DNA of 64,000 nucleotides, from positions 46,699-110,698 of the forward strand of contig JASEFN010000002.1 of the NCBI GenBank assembly GCA_030018355.1. The letters run 5' to 3'. The notes beneath the pieces were generated by a model. It was not told the DNA's origin. It was given only the letters and a program-made list of their open reading frames with translations, and ran no database searches. Within the stretch, counting starts at the first letter, position 1, and every line of letters begins with the position of its first letter. The position numbers were made by a program, and so were the translations under genes. This document shows positions 62,657 to 64,000 of this stretch, one piece after another. The DNA is from Caldisericia bacterium. Lineage in GTDB: Bacteria; Caldisericota; Caldisericia; B22-G15.

Positions 62657-63737
62657 ATGCAACAAGTGTAGCAAAATTTATAAAGAGGAAGATAAAAAGG
62701 TTATTTGTGATTGTGGTGGTTTTTTAGATTTGCAATTCGATGTTGAATTTAAAATTAATCTTATTGATACAAAAAAATTTTGCCTCCTTAGATACAAAAA
62801 TTTTTTACCAATTAAAGACGAAAAAAATATAGTGTCTTTTAATGAAGGTTTTACACCATTAATAAAATTAAATATAGAGGAGAATGAAATATATTTTAAA
62901 CTCGATTTTTTATTTCCTACAGGTTCGTTTAAAGATAGAGGTTCAGTTGTTTTGATAAGTAAAATTAAGGAACTTGGTATAAAAAGAGTTGTGGAAGATT
63001 CTTCTGGAAATGCTGGAGCATCAATTGCATCCTATTGTGCGCTTGGGGGCATTGAGTGTGATATTTTTGTTCCAGAAAGTGCTTCAAAAAATAAAATAAA
63101 CCAAATAAAGATTTTTGGAGCAAATTTACATATTTTACCTTTATCAAGAGAAGAAGTTCATATTGAAGCAAGAAAATTTGCAAAAGATTTTTATTATGCG
63201 AGTCACTTTTTAAATCCCTATTTTTTGCAAGGAACAAAGACAATTATTTATGAGATTTTTGAACAACTTGAATTTTCTCTTCCTGATTCAATTGTAATTC
63301 CAGTTGGAAACGGATCTCTTCTTCTTGGAATTTATAAAGGTTTACAAGATTTAAAGAGAGGTAAACTTTTAGATAGATTTCCAAAACTTATTTGTGTTCA
63401 AGCAGAAAATTGTGCTCCTATTTATGAATCTTATAAAAATAAAAGTTTTGAAATTCAAAAATTTGAAAAAAGAGAAACAGTTGCAGAAGGAATTGCAATA
63501 GCAAATCCATTAAGAGGAAAAGAGATTTTAAATGCAATTTATGAGACTTCTGGTGAGGTAATTACTGTTAATGAAAAAGAAATTTTATTATCACAAAAAG
63601 AACTTGCTAAAAAAGGTATTTTTGTTGAGCCCACATCAGCAGTTCAGTATGCAGGATTAAAAAAGTATATTAAATATTTAAATAAAAAAGAGAAAATCAT
63701 TTGTGTTTTAACAGGAAGTGGTCTAAAATCTTTGTGA
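62637..63737 (+). CDS. thrC: Threonine synthase (short type with N-terminal Zn ribbon)
   Basis: CNKC...CDCG, PTGSFKDRG, DSSGNAG, PVGNG, VEPTSA, LTGSGLK. Confidence 0.85.
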   Translation: MEKINLKCNKCSKIYKEEDKKVICDCGGFLDLQFDVEFKINLIDTKKFCLLRYKNFLPIKDEKNIVSFNEGFTPLIKLNIEENEIYFKLDFLFPTGSFKDRGSVVLISKIKELGIKRVVEDSSGNAGASIASYCALGGIECDIFVPESASKNKINQIKIFGANLHILPLSREEVHIEARKFAKDFYYASHFLNPYFLQGTKTIIYEIFEQLEFSLPDSIVIPVGNGSLLLGIYKGLQDLKRGKLLDRFPKLICVQAENCAPIYESYKNKSFEIQKFEKRETVAEGIAIANPLRGKEILNAIYETSGEVITVNEKEILLSQKELAKKGIFVEPTSAVQYAGLKKYIKYLNKKEKIICVLTGSGLKSL

Positions 63738-63790
63738 AATAATAAAATAAATGATAAAATTAAAGAAATTTATTTAAAGGAGTTATGCTT

Positions 63791-64000
63791 ATGAAAAAAA
63801 TAATTTTTTTAATAATTTTTTTATTATTTTTCATAGTAGACTTAAACACATCTTTTGCAAAAGATTATTCAATTCCAAAAGTTAAAATCGATGTAATTTT
63901 AAATAAAGATGGAAGTGCAAATTTTATTGAAGAGAGAACCTATACATTTCAGGGAAATTTTACTTTTGGTTATTATGATTTACCTAAAAAGGGTTATGAA
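63791..64000 (+). CDS. DUF2207-like membrane protein, N-terminal fragment (runs off window)
   Basis: Signal peptide then DYSI....IDV.LNKDGSA...E.RTY.F.G; frame open to window end; alternative ATG at 63785. Confidence 0.7.
   Translation, partial: MKKIIFLIIFLLFFIVDLNTSFAKDYSIPKVKIDVILNKDGSANFIEERTYTFQGNFTFGYYDLPKKGYE

Noticed and set aside
2900..63243. Many short antisense or alternate-frame ORFs in the track (e.g. 2900-3391, 6326-6667, 15136-15567, 27527-27892, 61923-62300)
   Set aside because: They overlap well-supported genes, lack motifs, and have the composition of shadow frames
59492..64000. Genomic island integrated at tRNA-Leu
   Set aside because: No integrase and no duplicated tRNA 3' end within the window
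1..64000. CRISPR array, IS element, prophage, rRNA or in-frame Sec/Pyl readthrough
   Set aside because: Intergenic gaps are short, and I saw no spaced repeats, transposase or phage genes, or conserved protein interrupted by TGA/TAG

Overview
A strongly AT-rich, gene-dense stretch of core chromosome from a bacterium with Firmicutes-like gene order. The gene set suggests an anaerobic, probably thermophilic, amino-acid-fermenting lineage such as Caldisericota (inference only). In order it holds: the rpsB-tsf-pyrH-frr-uppS-cdsA-dxr-rseP-ispG-proS operon; dppA-ahcY; tRNA-Lys/tRNA-Glu; a complete phoPR-pstSCAB-phoU locus with a Pho box; a cobB to ord cluster; class II ribonucleotide reductase nrdJ carrying an intein; hutI-folE-folP-folB-exonuclease-rarA-trxA; lpdA; recA-recX-rny-ymdB-cca-miaB-dprA-recG-rsmD-coaD-yceD; a frameshifted HerA-like ATPase; tdh-kbl; ZIP and P-type transporters; a plsY-tsaC fusion; rpiB; a Zn-finger Clp ATPase; secG-tRNA-Leu; a PAS/GAF/HD-GYP protein; and thrC. 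I saw no CRISPR array, IS element or prophage. Most notable: (1) a single-ORF fusion of the membrane acyltransferase PlsY to the t6A enzyme TsaC; (2) a 307-aa RNR intein ending in Leu-Asp instead of His-Asn, inserted at the thiyl-radical Cys, with an apparently dead LAGLIDADG nuclease; (3) a ClpG-like stand-alone disaggregase architecture; (4) an ~813-aa HerA-like ATPase split by a +1 frameshift at an A8 tract; (5) a probable CC-only tRNA nucleotidyltransferase; (6) FolP with a dihydropteroate-reductase-type N-terminal domain; (7) a recurring leaderless-mRNA signature. All family calls come from motif recognition, not database searches.
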